Below, piece after piece: positions 20,701 through 31,629 of a stretch of 64,000 bases of DNA; the stretch's first letter is position 1, and every line of letters starts with the position of its first letter. The DNA lies in IMG/VR virus record IMGVR_UViG_3300049893_000724, positions 120,460-184,459 of that record, one strand, 5' to 3'. Both the position numbers and the translations under genes were made by a program. The stretch is from a virus. The notes beneath the pieces are model-generated. The model searched no databases. It saw nothing but the letters and a program-made list of their open reading frames with translations, and had not been told where the DNA came from.

Positions 20701-23700
20701 ACTCCAAAATCAGTTGATGCAATTCCAATTGCTTGAGATGTTCCTGCACCTGCATATGTGTAACTAATTTGTTCTCCAGTAACAAAAAAGTGGTTTGGAA
20801 GAGTAATAGAGTCTGACAATGTGTTCGCAATAGAAATATTACTTCCATCAAAATCTCTTCTGAAGATTTGGTATCCTTTATGTTTTAAATCAAACGCACG
20901 TTTAATATCTCTTTCGGTTCCAAAGTAAGTGTTATAATTTGTTTCAATACTTCCATTATTGAATGATATTGCGTCCTTATCATCATCTTGAACTTTAAGT
21001 GCATTGAAGAATCCAACAACTCTTACATTGATATTTGCTAAGGGTGTAAATGTTAATTCGGTAGTAGATGCATTTTTTCTAACTCCAAATGTTCCAAGAC
21101 CAGAATGTGTTTCTACATTTCCAAATTCAACAATATAAGTTTCTCCAGAACTTTCATCAGTTTCATCATCTAGAACAACAATCTCAGATAATTGATACCT
21201 ATTGTTTGTTGTATCTGCAACTTGAATAACACTATAAGAACAATCATAACCTCCGGGATATTCAATAATCGATGTGGCCACTGGGGAACCGGATGAAGAT
21301 ATTGAAGTTGACATACCCTGAAGTCGGGCGTGTTTCATATCATATGTACCAATTCCTGATGCAGATCCACCAAGGAGTGTTTGGAACGTATTGAAGGTAA
21401 CTGCAACACCTGGATTTGGATAAAAATCAACCTTGAGTTGAGATCCTGAAATGTATGGATAATATGTACCTAAACCAGAACTTGAATAAGCATCAATTGA
21501 ATGGTTGGTGACTTGTCCATATTCTAGCAATTCAACACTTATTCCATCATGAACAAGATTCAACTCATCAAATTCATACTGACCATTAGTTCCAGTAATT
21601 TCAACTAAAATCTTAGCAGAATTGTAAGTAGTACCTACACCAACGATTGTAGTAGATCCAGAAGAAACAAATCCACTACTTGTCTTAACCGTCACCAAAT
21701 CTCCAAAATTGGATGAACCAATTCCGAGCATTGAATCTTTTAAGTTATAAGTTAGTGTTGTTATGTTGTAATCATTAACTGAATAGTTTGTGGGGTTAAA
21801 AGTCAGTACCCCCTCAGATCCCTCAACTATGAAATCAAACGCACCTAAGTCATAAGTTGATTCTAATCTTGCATATTGATTAAGATAACCGATACCACCA
21901 CTATGAATGAGTGTTACTAACATCAATTGTCTTTGACCAACATATCTTCTATCACTCACATAAGTGATATACTTTTGTGCTCTGGCGTCAGTCAATAAGA
22001 ATCTATGAGCTTCTGAATATCTTGTAGATCTTGGGTTACTATTAAACTGAGAACTTATGTCATCAATTGAAAGAACTCTATTGCCGATTGATTCAAAATA
22101 ATCAGTCAGAACTCTGTTTGAGAATGTGATTTCGTTTGAGAATGTTCCTCCACCACTACGAACAAGTGAATTTTCTCTAACCAAATCAAAGTCTGCTACA
22201 CAGTTAAGATCTACAAAACTAGTGATATCATTGATGACCTCAATATATGTCTTTTCAGTTGAAAGACCCACCGCCATTGAATTAGAATTCTTAGTTTCTA
22301 GTTGATATTCTGCAAATTTCTTAAATCCAGTTGTGTGGTTTAAAGTGCTAACAGCATCTTTCCAATCATCATAACTCACTTGGGATTTAACTGAATATGA
22401 GAAGTTTTGATAGAAATCACTATCTTGTATTCTCTCAGAATTAGTATTTAAGAATCCAGCACTAAGTTGCCACCCATTATCAACCAAAGATGAAGAATCC
22501 AATCTAAAAAATGAATCGCTGGTATCTACAATACTTACAATACCTTGAGTTTTGGATGTTGCGCCTTCGATAATTTCGCCAACAACAAAGTTTTCTTTAG
22601 ATACTGCTCTGAGTTGATTTACGATTGGATTCCACCCATCCACATAACCAGTTGTGCTGTTAGATTTAATTGTTTCCCCAATCAAATAATCATTCTTTTG
22701 GAGTTGAATATCAAAACTTGGGAAGTATTTTTCTGGTATTATTCTTCCAGATGAATTAACTTCATCATAAGTGCCGGGTATTTGTGAGTTTGTTAGAAGA
22801 CCATCGAGACTATAAGATACTGATCCAATCCCACCTCTGTTTTCTGTTACTGAGGTGAGTGGGAATAATTTATAATTGTAATTTTCGGAATTATAACCAA
22901 TTCCTGTTGAACCCACACCAACACTGATTCCTTCAATCATAACTTTATCATTCACCTTAAATGGGAATGAATCTGCAGTACTAAATCCTACTGCTAAAGT
23001 AACCGTAACTTCTTTTGTTGATGAATTATATTTAATTGATCCAATTCCAACGCCATTTGTATTTTGTACTGGAAGAATTGTTGGAGTCGTGTTATTCAGT
23101 CCATAAGAATTTTTGCGGATTTCAATTTGATTTTGTCCAAGAGTGTATTTGAGATCAACTTCTGGAACTAACTTATTGGTCTTTCCATCAAATACAAGTA
23201 GTTTTGGTGCCGAAGAATAACCTCTACCAAATGAATTAATTCCAATCGATTTGAAGGAAGATAGAGGTTCTATTTTAATTGTTTGATTTAAAGAAACACT
23301 TGGTCTGAGAGTAAAGTCACTTGGAAAATCAAATCCAATATTATTGATTTTTGTTTTCTTAATTTTTCCAATTGAAGTACTAGATGCTTCTAGGATTGCA
23401 TTTGCGCCAACTGTTGAAATAACTGTTGAAATTCCAGGAAGTGTATAATAATTTCTTCCCTTGCTTATAACCTCAATTTCTGCAATCGAACCGAATGCAC
23501 TTGTTGAATCTGTGGTGTAACTGATGCTTGATGCGGTGCTTACGTAGGATGAATTCTCTGGAGTTTCTGATAGAGTGTAAGTAAAAGTAGTTGATGAAAT
23601 TGATGTTATCACTTGATCACCGTTATACTTACTTTCAAGTATTTCGACTTGATTGTTCAGAAGAACTTCAGTGTCAATGCTTATTTTTTTCTTTTCTTCT

Positions 23701-26700
23701 GGAATCGCGCTTTCATATATTGGTGTAAGCTTGTAGTATAGTTTTTGTGGAATATTTTTGTTAACTGTTAAAATAACCTTAGCGTTTGTTGATACTCCAA
23801 CAGTACCAGACTTTTGCACTTCAAAAGTATTCTGCTCACCGCTGGCTTCAAAAATTTGAGTAAAGTTGCTATCTTTATAGAAATCCAAACTAAATGCAGG
23901 ATATCTCTGAGATTGGTTTAGATAAGATAGGGAAGAATCTGATAGATCAAATGTAACTTGAGAGTTTTTATACAGAGTTAGTGCTGGGTTGATTGGAGAA
24001 ATATTTCCAGTTGAAGAACTTGTAATACCAACAATTGTGGGTACAAGTTGAGTTGATCCATAGAACGTTCTTGATAACTTAAAGTTATCCCTATCAAGTC
24101 TAACAATAAAGTATTCTCCTTCATTTTGTAGACCGCCAGCTGGAGCAGTTGATGTGTGAATTACTTTCTGACCATTATGGAATCCATGATCAATTATTGT
24201 AATTGTATTCGTAGTCGTATTTACGCCAGCAAATGATTTGGGATTAACAACCACCTTTCTATTGTAGTCATCATACTTAACTGTGAAGGTTGTTGTGATT
24301 GCTGGATTTACATCAATATGAACAGCATCATCATTAGTAAGTCCGTGAGTGCTTGCACAAGAAACAGTAACAATGTTTCTTTCAATTGTTCCTGTGATTA
24401 CATTAAAGTTAGTTTTGAAACTGTGATAAACGCCAGAACCATTACTAATAAAGTATAGAGTTGATTGGGATCTCTGAGTGCTCGCAATACCAACAAAAGT
24501 GCCTGTAGAACCTAAACCAACTCTAACAGTGGCAATACCTATTAGATCATTTGAAATTTTTGCGATATAAACGGATGATTGATCACCGATAGTTGTAGTT
24601 CCAACTCCTGTTGCCGAAACTACAAGTGAAGAACCACCATTGTTCGAATAAGTAACAAGATCTCCAGTTTCTAGACCGTGATTTGGAATATAAATTGTTT
24701 TTGTTGGGATGAATATTTGAGTAATGCCTGCTCCAGGATTGCTGAACGTAATAGTAGTACCAATTCCAACACCAGATAATGTACCTAGACCAATAGAATC
24801 AATTGGATTGAAATATAATTGTTTGTTAATTCTGTAATCATACGAAGTTCTGTAACCCGCATTGATTGTAAGTTTTCTTGAAGATTCTTTTATAGAAGTA
24901 GATGCTGTGTGTGCTACTCCAGAAGTTCCTTGATAAGCTCTGATAACTCTAATTCTAGAATTCAATCTATCAACATTAAGAACTTTTACTTTTTCATTTT
25001 CAATCGTTAAAATATCATTTTCTCTTATATTTGGATAAGTTAAAGTACCATTAACATTAACATAAGTTATAATACCAGTAATTCCAGTGCTTCCAATCCC
25101 TGTCGTAACGGTTCCTGAAGTTGTGCCAATACCAGAAAGAGTGAGTATATTTGTGGATATTCCTATTTGATAAAATCCCTCTAGCAATGATGAAGTTGTG
25201 CTTAATCCAGAAATTGAAACTTTATCGTTATTTTTAAAGTTGTGTGGATTCTCTGCAAAAATAATATAATTATCTTTATTTTCGCCAGGATAAATTTCCA
25301 CGCTGGAAATTGAACTGGTGGCAACACTTACGGAAGAAACTGCCTTTCCACTAAGTTTAGAAACCCTAGCACTTGCACCGTTTCCTTGAGTGTCTGTGTT
25401 GTTAAAAATTAATGTATCATCTACCTTATAATTTTGTCCGCCCGTCACAATACCTACAGATTCTACAAATCCAGGTGTTGCAAACTTAACATCTACTGTT
25501 TGGTTTAGTTCGTTTGGAATCGTAAGATATGAATAAGATGATGTACCATTTATCAAATTGTAGAAATAAGTATTTCTAACCCAGTTAGTTTGATTTAGGT
25601 CTAAATCATCTTGGTTTGAAGTCTTTAAGAAATTGAATTCGTTTGGTTTTGACTTAAATGAATTGCCAACCAAATATGGGAATTTTGGTTGCTTATATCC
25701 AGAAAATTTGCCTCCGCTATCTGCAGAAGTTTCAAATGTAGCAAAATATGCATATGTTCCTTTTGGAAATTCTGGAGTTATGCAGAATCTGCCATTATTT
25801 TCATCGAGGAAAGTATCACCTGATTTTTTATAATAGGTAAAATCCTCTACAAAAAATCCAAATTCAAATAATGTCGAAGATGGTCTGTTTGATTTGCTTT
25901 CAAGTACATATGAAGAATTTAATTGTGCAACAACTCCACCAGTTTTTGTAATGTACCCATAAGGACCATATATTGGGTTTCCGTCATATGCCCATCCAAT
26001 TATGGGAGAATGACTTGTTGAATTTGCCTCTACGTTGTTTTCTTTTGCAAGATCAGTTTTGCCGTATACTTTATTGCCACTTTGATCTGATGGTTGAATG
26101 ATTTCTCTTAATTTTCTTGGAGCATAAATGTGAGAATACTGAAGACCAAATTTTTCATTAAGACCCTTTGCTATAAAACCATCATCTGGGGTTATTGATG
26201 AATAATATTTTTTGAATAAATTAACAGTCCAAGATTGTATTTTTGCACTAAACTCCGCAGAAGATCCTGCAGAAGTGACTGTTATTGAAGTAGATCCCTG
26301 AATATATCCAGAACCACCTTCAATTACTTTTACTGAAGTTAATTGACCATTAGTGATTACTGGGGTTACTACTGCACCCGAGCCAGATCCTTGAATGGTT
26401 AAAGTTGGAGGAGCGTTATATTCAGAACCCACATTATTAACTAAAACCTCAACAATCTTCCCATCTGATACGATTGGATTTAATTGCGCGTTCTTTCCAG
26501 ACTTCAAAGTAAACGAAGGTTGTCTGTAAAAATTGATGATTTCTGACGATCCATATCCAACACCTTTAGAACTAAGGTGTACTGACGTAATCTGTCCTCT
26601 AAAAATAGGCTGAACTACTGCATCAAATGTTTTTGTTCCAATTGATGATAATCCAACATTTCCAATCAGTTCTACTTTTATTTCTGGATAGTTAAAAACA

Positions 26701-29699
26701 TGTGTACCAAGTCCAACCGTTGTTAATTCAACATATTGCTTTGTCTTATAATAGAAATCATAATCAGTTCCAACACCAACTGTAGATAATTTAAATGCAT
26801 TATCATTGACTTTGGTTACGATATAATTGGTGCTAGTTGATAGTCCACCAATGGGAGTAAAGTCTGTAGTATAAACAACAGTTTCTCCAGACTTATAATT
26901 GTGGGAATTGATTTCTACTTGAGATAATGAAGTATTAATTCCCAGATGTGTGGTTGTTCTCTTTTTATTTTCATATCCAAAACCAGGATTTTCAATATTA
27001 ATAGATTTTAGAACAGATTTCTTATTGTATGATTGGAATCTATGATTACCAATACCATATGATGATAAAACAACGGTGTTAATACCGGAAATAGCGTCGC
27101 TTAAAGTATTGTGTAGTTTGATTGTAAAATTATCTTTTACAGAAACATAATATGAAGAATCAGTTGAGAGACCACCAACACCTCTTTGACTATCTGTTTT
27201 ATAGATGACTCTTTCTGCATTTCTGAATTTATGGTATGTTGTAAATCCAATAGTTGATAATGCACTTCCAATACCAACTAACTCTGCATTTCCTTGGGAG
27301 TTAAATGAAGATTCGTGGTTAATTAACTTCATATTGGCGTATGCCTTTGCGCCAACGCCATTTCCACCAGTAATCTTAACGATAGGTACGTCCAGATAAT
27401 CAAATCCAGGATCTACTATTCTAATTTCTTGTAAAGATCCACTTATCGCACAGAAACCAGTTGCTTCAGTTCCAACAGAATCTGAAATTGCTAAAACTGG
27501 TGGATTTATAATATCATAGTTTGATCCGGGAGCAATAACTTCTACTCCTTCCAATTCTCCATAATAAACTGATTCACTTGCCTTATAGTTTAAAACTTCC
27601 ACACCGTTAATTAAAACTCCAGTAAATCCTGGATTTGTTTCATAGTAGTTTCCATCATTGATTGGTGCAGATATTTCTCTTAGAATTTTTTGAGTATTCA
27701 GAGTTTTTGATCTAAAATCATAGAATTCAATTTTATCATTCGATACAGTTGTACTACTTGATACTGATACAAATATATTATTAAAGATATTTGATCTACT
27801 TTTTGCTAGTTGAATTCTATTAGAATCAACCCTCTTAACGAAGTATAATCCTTCATCAAATAGAGAATTTGAAGAAACTGCCGGAGTATAATATACGCTA
27901 TCACCAGTATAAAACCCATGATCAGAATTTGGTGTTATCGTAAAAGTATCTCCAGAGAAAGATCCAGAAAATGTTATTGATCTATCTGTAGTGCTTAATG
28001 TTTGATTATGATAACTTGGGATTGATGGTGAAGCGACTAAAGTTTTTTGTTGAATCTTATATACATTTTGTATATTTGTATTAATCGTAGAAGTAGATGG
28101 AAAATATGTAGAATTTGCTTTAAGAAGATTCTTTTTAACAATATAAGTATCTGTTAAAGAAAGTGATCCCTGGCCCTTGATTGTAAATGTAGTGCTTGAA
28201 GTTACATCAATAATCGTAGATGTTTTAATAGATCCCGAATTTGAAATAATATTAACTTTATCTCCAATTTTTAAGATATTTTCATTTTCCGTTGTTACGT
28301 CATATACATCGTTTGTTCCACGAGATGATAATCTCTTGACCCCATATGAAATTGGAACATTAAAAAACCAATTTTTGGAAGTAGTATCTTTTGTATTAAC
28401 ACCTAAGGTTCTAATGACTGATGTATCATCTTTAACGTGATATCGAGTATCTCCAAGAATTTCTGTGGAGTTTAAAACCGACGTAACCCTTAATTTAACT
28501 AAAGAACCATCAATATCATACGCATTTGCATACGTATTGATACCAATAGTTGCTCCATCCAAAATAGTTTTAGACGCTCCAGAACATCCAAAAAATTGAG
28601 TTAATGATTTTGAAGTATAAGTAACAACTCCTGTGGTATTATCGCCATAACTAACTAAAAGTTCTCCACTTGAAGAAAATCCCACAGTTGAATCTACATC
28701 AAAGACACTAACTCCTATTGAAACAGGTCCAACTATTTTTGTTCTTGGGTGAACAGTGAACTTTCCGACAGTTGCACCGTTAGCAATGATATCTCTATCA
28801 TATCCGGCATCTAAACTTAATTTATAATATGTGTTACCAACACCAGAAACTATTCTTTCAACATAAGTAATTGGACTGCGGGCATATGTGATATCACCAT
28901 ATGCATTTTGATATAAAGTTTGGTTGGTTAAGTTAGTAAGATCTCCAGAGATGCTTTCTACAACAATATCATTCGTGAGTCTATATTGAGCATCTGATGG
29001 TCTAAAAAGATTTTCTTTTGGTTTTATAATCTTAACGTCTTTACCATATAAAACCTTGAACAAAATAATAAAAGATTCATCTGTGCCTTTGCTCTGATAA
29101 AAATCTTTTATTTGCTTTAAAAAGACTGATTGGTTTAATCCAGAATACAGGGATCTATTTTCAAATCCAGGAGAAAGTTGATATTTAATTTTTGATAGAA
29201 ATTCTTTGAGGAACAAAGAACTTAAATTTACAATCTTTACGCCAGAGTTGTGTAAAGAAGACTCTGATGAGTTAAATGTTAATTGATCTGGTGCATTTTG
29301 AGTATTATAGGATGTAATACCACTAAACCCTCTTATACATCCAAGAAATGAATTTGTTGTTTTTGAAGTATATGTGATAATTTCATTATCAATTTGAATC
29401 AGTCCATACGAATCTGGAAAATCTAAAGTTCCTTCAGGGTTCTGACCCACATCAACTGTAATTGTTGTATCAACGTCAGTAATTGATGAGGCAAGGTACA
29501 CGAATTCCGTATTATTTGCAATTTCATCAACTTTTACATATTGGTCTATGTTCTGAATTAAATCAACAGGGGCACCTTTAAACTCTTGTGAGATATAATA
29601 TTGAGATAAAAATTCAGATATTAACGGAAATTCCTCCCTAACATACGCGGGAAGTTGATTTTGAACAATGTTGCTGAACTGAATTCTTTTTTCTGTCAT
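17709..29699 (-). CDS. gp7: Giant baseplate wedge initiator (gp7-like), 3996 aa
   Basis: Between gp6 and gp8; IKQIKDFYQSKGT.ESF..LFKVLYG motif; HSPIIGWAYDGNPIYGPYG; many GxGY and GIGT repeats. Confidence 0.85.
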   Translation of the reverse strand: MTEKRIQFSNIVQNQLPAYVREEFPLISEFLSQYYISQEFKGAPVDLIQNIDQYVKVDEIANNTEFVYLASSITDVDTTITVDVGQNPEGTLDFPDSYGLIQIDNEIITYTSKTTNSFLGCIRGFSGITSYNTQNAPDQLTFNSSESSLHNSGVKIVNLSSLFLKEFLSKIKYQLSPGFENRSLYSGLNQSVFLKQIKDFYQSKGTDESFIILFKVLYGKDVKIIKPKENLFRPSDAQYRLTNDIVVESISGDLTNLTNQTLYQNAYGDITYARSPITYVERIVSGVGNTYYKLSLDAGYDRDIIANGATVGKFTVHPRTKIVGPVSIGVSVFDVDSTVGFSSSGELLVSYGDNTTGVVTYTSKSLTQFFGCSGASKTILDGATIGINTYANAYDIDGSLVKLRVTSVLNSTEILGDTRYHVKDDTSVIRTLGVNTKDTTSKNWFFNVPISYGVKRLSSRGTNDVYDVTTENENILKIGDKVNIISNSGSIKTSTIIDVTSSTTFTIKGQGSLSLTDTYIVKKNLLKANSTYFPSTSTINTNIQNVYKIQQKTLVASPSIPSYHNQTLSTTDRSITFSGSFSGDTFTITPNSDHGFYTGDSVYYTPAVSSNSLFDEGLYFVKRVDSNRIQLAKSRSNIFNNIFVSVSSSTTVSNDKIEFYDFRSKTLNTQKILREISAPINDGNYYETNPGFTGVLINGVEVLNYKASESVYYGELEGVEVIAPGSNYDIINPPVLAISDSVGTEATGFCAISGSLQEIRIVDPGFDYLDVPIVKITGGNGVGAKAYANMKLINHESSFNSQGNAELVGIGSALSTIGFTTYHKFRNAERVIYKTDSQRGVGGLSTDSSYYVSVKDNFTIKLHNTLSDAISGINTVVLSSYGIGNHRFQSYNKKSVLKSINIENPGFGYENKKRTTTHLGINTSLSQVEINSHNYKSGETVVYTTDFTPIGGLSTSTNYIVTKVNDNAFKLSTVGVGTDYDFYYKTKQYVELTTVGLGTHVFNYPEIKVELIGNVGLSSIGTKTFDAVVQPIFRGQITSVHLSSKGVGYGSSEIINFYRQPSFTLKSGKNAQLNPIVSDGKIVEVLVNNVGSEYNAPPTLTIQGSGSGAVVTPVITNGQLTSVKVIEGGSGYIQGSTSITVTSAGSSAEFSAKIQSWTVNLFKKYYSSITPDDGFIAKGLNEKFGLQYSHIYAPRKLREIIQPSDQSGNKVYGKTDLAKENNVEANSTSHSPIIGWAYDGNPIYGPYGYITKTGGVVAQLNSSYVLESKSNRPSSTLFEFGFFVEDFTYYKKSGDTFLDENNGRFCITPEFPKGTYAYFATFETSADSGGKFSGYKQPKFPYLVGNSFKSKPNEFNFLKTSNQDDLDLNQTNWVRNTYFYNLINGTSSYSYLTIPNELNQTVDVKFATPGFVESVGIVTGGQNYKVDDTLIFNNTDTQGNGASARVSKLSGKAVSSVSVATSSISSVEIYPGENKDNYIIFAENPHNFKNNDKVSISGLSTTSSLLEGFYQIGISTNILTLSGIGTTSGTVTTGIGSTGITGIITYVNVNGTLTYPNIRENDILTIENEKVKVLNVDRLNSRIRVIRAYQGTSGVAHTASTSIKESSRKLTINAGYRTSYDYRINKQLYFNPIDSIGLGTLSGVGIGTTITFSNPGAGITQIFIPTKTIYIPNHGLETGDLVTYSNNGGSSLVVSATGVGTTTIGDQSSVYIAKISNDLIGIATVRVGLGSTGTFVGIASTQRSQSTLYFISNGSGVYHSFKTNFNVITGTIERNIVTVSCASTHGLTNDDAVHIDVNPAITTTFTVKYDDYNRKVVVNPKSFAGVNTTTNTITIIDHGFHNGQKVIHTSTAPAGGLQNEGEYFIVRLDRDNFKLSRTFYGSTQLVPTIVGITSSSTGNISPINPALTLYKNSQVTFDLSDSSLSYLNQSQRYPAFSLDFYKDSNFTQIFEASGEQNTFEVQKSGTVGVSTNAKVILTVNKNIPQKLYYKLTPIYESAIPEEKKKISIDTEVLLNNQVEILESKYNGDQVITSISSTTFTYTLSETPENSSYVSTASSISYTTDSTSAFGSIAEIEVISKGRNYYTLPGISTVISTVGANAILEASSTSIGKIKKTKINNIGFDFPSDFTLRPSVSLNQTIKIEPLSSFKSIGINSFGRGYSSAPKLLVFDGKTNKLVPEVDLKYTLGQNQIEIRKNSYGLNNTTPTILPVQNTNGVGIGSIKYNSSTKEVTVTLAVGFSTADSFPFKVNDKVMIEGISVGVGSTGIGYNSENYNYKLFPLTSVTENRGGIGSVSYSLDGLLTNSQIPGTYDEVNSSGRIIPEKYFPSFDIQLQKNDYLIGETIKSNSTTGYVDGWNPIVNQLRAVSKENFVVGEIIEGATSKTQGIVSIVDTSDSFFRLDSSSLVDNGWQLSAGFLNTNSERIQDSDFYQNFSYSVKSQVSYDDWKDAVSTLNHTTGFKKFAEYQLETKNSNSMAVGLSTEKTYIEVINDITSFVDLNCVADFDLVRENSLVRSGGGTFSNEITFSNRVLTDYFESIGNRVLSIDDISSQFNSNPRSTRYSEAHRFLLTDARAQKYITYVSDRRYVGQRQLMLVTLIHSGGIGYLNQYARLESTYDLGAFDFIVEGSEGVLTFNPTNYSVNDYNITTLTYNLKDSMLGIGSSNFGDLVTVKTSSGFVSSGSTTIVGVGTTYNSAKILVEITGTNGQYEFDELNLVHDGISVELLEYGQVTNHSIDAYSSSGLGTYYPYISGSQLKVDFYPNPGVAVTFNTFQTLLGGSASGIGTYDMKHARLQGMSTSISSSGSPVATSIIEYPGGYDCSYSVIQVADTTNNRYQLSEIVVLDDETDESSGETYIVEFGNVETHSGLGTFGVRKNASTTELTFTPLANINVRVVGFFNALKVQDDDKDAISFNNGSIETNYNTYFGTERDIKRAFDLKHKGYQIFRRDFDGSNISIANTLSDSITLPNHFFVTGEQISYTYAGAGTSQAIGIASTDFGVGIGITDKLPSSVYVVKINENAIKLSRSAEDALSLTPKVLNLTSVGIGTSHAFTSTNQNAKVIVAVDNLIQSPIVSTAQTTTLAINAFSTDDLIYVSGITSFFGGDLIKIGSEIMRIDSVGVGSTNALRVRRPWLGTAVAGYSTGTLVTKVIGNYNIVDNTLNFTEAPYGNIPLGTSTNPPDERDWTGISTSSKFQGRTFLRSGTPAGSSETYSKNYVFNDLSNQFNGITKTFNLKSNGSNVIGISTENAIILLNDIFQGPGLANDYSLSESTGITSITFTGVGVSAAYDVNTASIPSGGIIVSVGSTEGFGYQPLVSAGGTAIVSGLGTISSISIGNSGSGYRSGVQVVRVGVATSSTGIPIVQFIGTATVSNGHIVSIAVTNPGTGYTSTNPPYVVIDAPLSYSNLPLVYSSSSVTGVGTRATIDVVVGQGSSIIDFEIKNLGYGYGQGEILTVSIGGTVGIPTDPTKTYREFQLSIQNTISDKFTGWSIGELQVLDSIENLFDGNRLTFPIRVAGSLISIRASKGLSINVQDNLLIFLNDVLQVPGSGYIFNGGSVIAFTEAPKSGDTCKLIFYKGSGSIDVVEKNVLETVKVGDELTIGYDPILGQSPTLQEGERTVNSVESTDIVKTLPYYGPGIANDALTTRPVTWCRQTEDKIVDEKEVGKDRILYEASIYPSSYLIQSVGIGSTVAFVDSIRPFFNPINENNISLTFQKDIVIIPQENKVAAAATAVVSTAGTISSVQISDGGFGYTNTPTVTIENAVGFGSTAVGIASITAGIVTSISITGPGTGYTSTNVPNVLISPPSFSVEENTVNSYEGDFGIITGVSTTSVGVASTGIVFDFVIPNDSPLRNSSLTGVTTISGIATGYYFVVHSSNVGKGVTTLNSNGSVIGIGTTFLDNVYQAVAVSIAQTSVPGLGVTHVAKVTVSLTSYNNISGIGYSNFYGEYSWGRINLGGRKKQNSYNTYTTNGYTGIATGTMIRRSSPLKYLNYIS

Positions 29700-29703
29700 T
29701 TGA

Positions 29704-31629
29704 TTATAATCTTACTAAATTCCCGTTTGTGTAACTTGATGATACAATGTAGTTTGATGCTGAAGGGTCTAATCCAGAGGAAATTTCATCGATGACCATT
29801 TCAAAATTACTCTTACTAATATCTAGTTGCAAATATAAATCCTGTAATCCAATCACATCATTTGACTTTGGAGTTGCAGATATCTCAATGATTGGTTGGC
29901 CGTTTCTTTGTTTTGCAGAAGTAACAATAACTGGATTAAGTGTGATAATACCAGATTTGTAGTTGATTGAACCAACATTCCTTCTTAAAATTGTTGGTGT
30001 TGTTGAATTTGCACTCGGAACATTAAAGAAGAAGATAGAACCAGTCACTCTATCCGTGTTTGGAATGTCTGCCAAATAAACATCTTGGGAAATTCCACTA
30101 ATTCTAAATGCAGTAGATTTGATATTATAACCAGACATACTATTGATGTGAAATTCATTTCCAAATCCAATTGAATATTCTGCAAAACTATTCAAAGAGA
30201 CTCTAAGGTCTCTTCGAATTTGAATTTTTGTAATATTTGAAGTTACTGATTCGTGACTGTCATCAATAATCTTTAAAAACTTACTGTACTTAAATCTTGC
30301 GCCGTACTTGTTCAATTCAGTTGATTCTGCATACTTATTTGCATTTGATTGAACAACACTTGAAACGTAAGATGCACTTGGAGCAAGATTTGTATTATAA
30401 TATACCTTTGAATCTGTCTCAATATAAAGATATTTAAGATCTAAAATTTCTGGAACAATTCCTGCAACAGAATATTTTTTAAGTTTGAGTTTAATATTCT
30501 CTTTGACAAGATTTGAGAGAAAATCTCCACTTCTTGGTTTAATACTGATGAATACTTTTCCATATTGTGGTGGAACCAATTCTTCTCCACCAAAAACTGA
30601 TATTGATTCTGTTTCTGGATAAATTTTTGATGGAATTAAAGTTTCATAGTCATTTGCAGTGACTGCTCTGTTCTGAGAGGAATAAATTCTTGGCGCATAT
30701 TTTTTAATCGATTCTACAGATTCAATATTTTCTCCACCAGAAGATATTAATCCAGTTGTGAGTAAAGAAATACCAGAAGTTACTGTATATTCTGTGGAAT
30801 TTCTTGTATAAACAATTCTTCCAGAATATGTGAATTGGCTGACCCCATTTGCAGAGTCGCCATTTGTTGTAATATAAGAAACTTCAATATAATTTCCGTC
30901 TTGCAGTGCTTTACCAAATACATTATCGCCAAAAATCAATTCATATCTCTCATCTTCAATTTCTTGCAGGAAATAAACTTCAGATTCCTTATCAATTTCA
31001 AAAAGACTATCTTGTTGGTTATATTTTACAGAAACTGTTGATTGTTGATTATTTTTTACGATTGTGGAGATTAGATTTGTATCGATGCCAGAGTTTGGTA
31101 AAATAAACCTTTGATTTGGATTGCGAGATGTGTAAGTAAAGTTGGAAGTTAATAAAATTCCTTCAAAAATTGCAATATCATTGAATTCTGCAATGTTATC
31201 ATAAACAGGAACAGTAATATCTTCTAAGATTGAAAAAACAAAAGACTGATTTCCGAATGTTCCAGAGGTGCTTGCAATTGGCCCTTTCTTAAGAGTTAGC
31301 GATACTGGTGCTGGAGTGATATTTGAACAATCTACAAAAAAACTTACTGTAGCTTTTGCTGCTTTCTTTGATCTTGGCACATATCCAATGTTTCTTGCGA
31401 GTGCAACGACATTTTCTCTTAATGTTGCACTATCAATAAACACTTCATTTGCAACCATATTTGCATTATATGAAGTGATGTAGGTATTGTATGCCAGAAC
31501 ATCAAGAATCGTTGAAAGGTTAGACCCTTCAAAGTCATAGTCAGTGAAGTTTGAGTTTGACTTAAGATAATCCCTAAGTGTTGTTTTAATCTGGTCGAAA
31601 TCCAGATTTGTAAAGTTTACTAGTGGCAT
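29704..31629 (-). CDS. gp6: Baseplate wedge subunit
   Basis: LDFDQIK..L..YL..NS.FTDYDFEGSNLS..LDVLAYNT; QNRAVTA.DY; PPQYGKVFISIKP. Confidence 0.96.
   Translation of the reverse strand: MPLVNFTNLDFDQIKTTLRDYLKSNSNFTDYDFEGSNLSTILDVLAYNTYITSYNANMVANEVFIDSATLRENVVALARNIGYVPRSKKAAKATVSFFVDCSNITPAPVSLTLKKGPIASTSGTFGNQSFVFSILEDITVPVYDNIAEFNDIAIFEGILLTSNFTYTSRNPNQRFILPNSGIDTNLISTIVKNNQQSTVSVKYNQQDSLFEIDKESEVYFLQEIEDERYELIFGDNVFGKALQDGNYIEVSYITTNGDSANGVSQFTYSGRIVYTRNSTEYTVTSGISLLTTGLISSGGENIESVESIKKYAPRIYSSQNRAVTANDYETLIPSKIYPETESISVFGGEELVPPQYGKVFISIKPRSGDFLSNLVKENIKLKLKKYSVAGIVPEILDLKYLYIETDSKVYYNTNLAPSASYVSSVVQSNANKYAESTELNKYGARFKYSKFLKIIDDSHESVTSNITKIQIRRDLRVSLNSFAEYSIGFGNEFHINSMSGYNIKSTAFRISGISQDVYLADIPNTDRVTGSIFFFNVPSANSTTPTILRRNVGSINYKSGIITLNPVIVTSAKQRNGQPIIEISATPKSNDVIGLQDLYLQLDISKSNFEMVIDEISSGLDPSASNYIVSSSYTNGNLVRL

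Noticed and set aside
17709-29699. 12-kb single ORF as a novelty
   Set aside because: Very long gp7-like wedge proteins with Gly/Thr-rich repeats are normal in cyanomyoviruses
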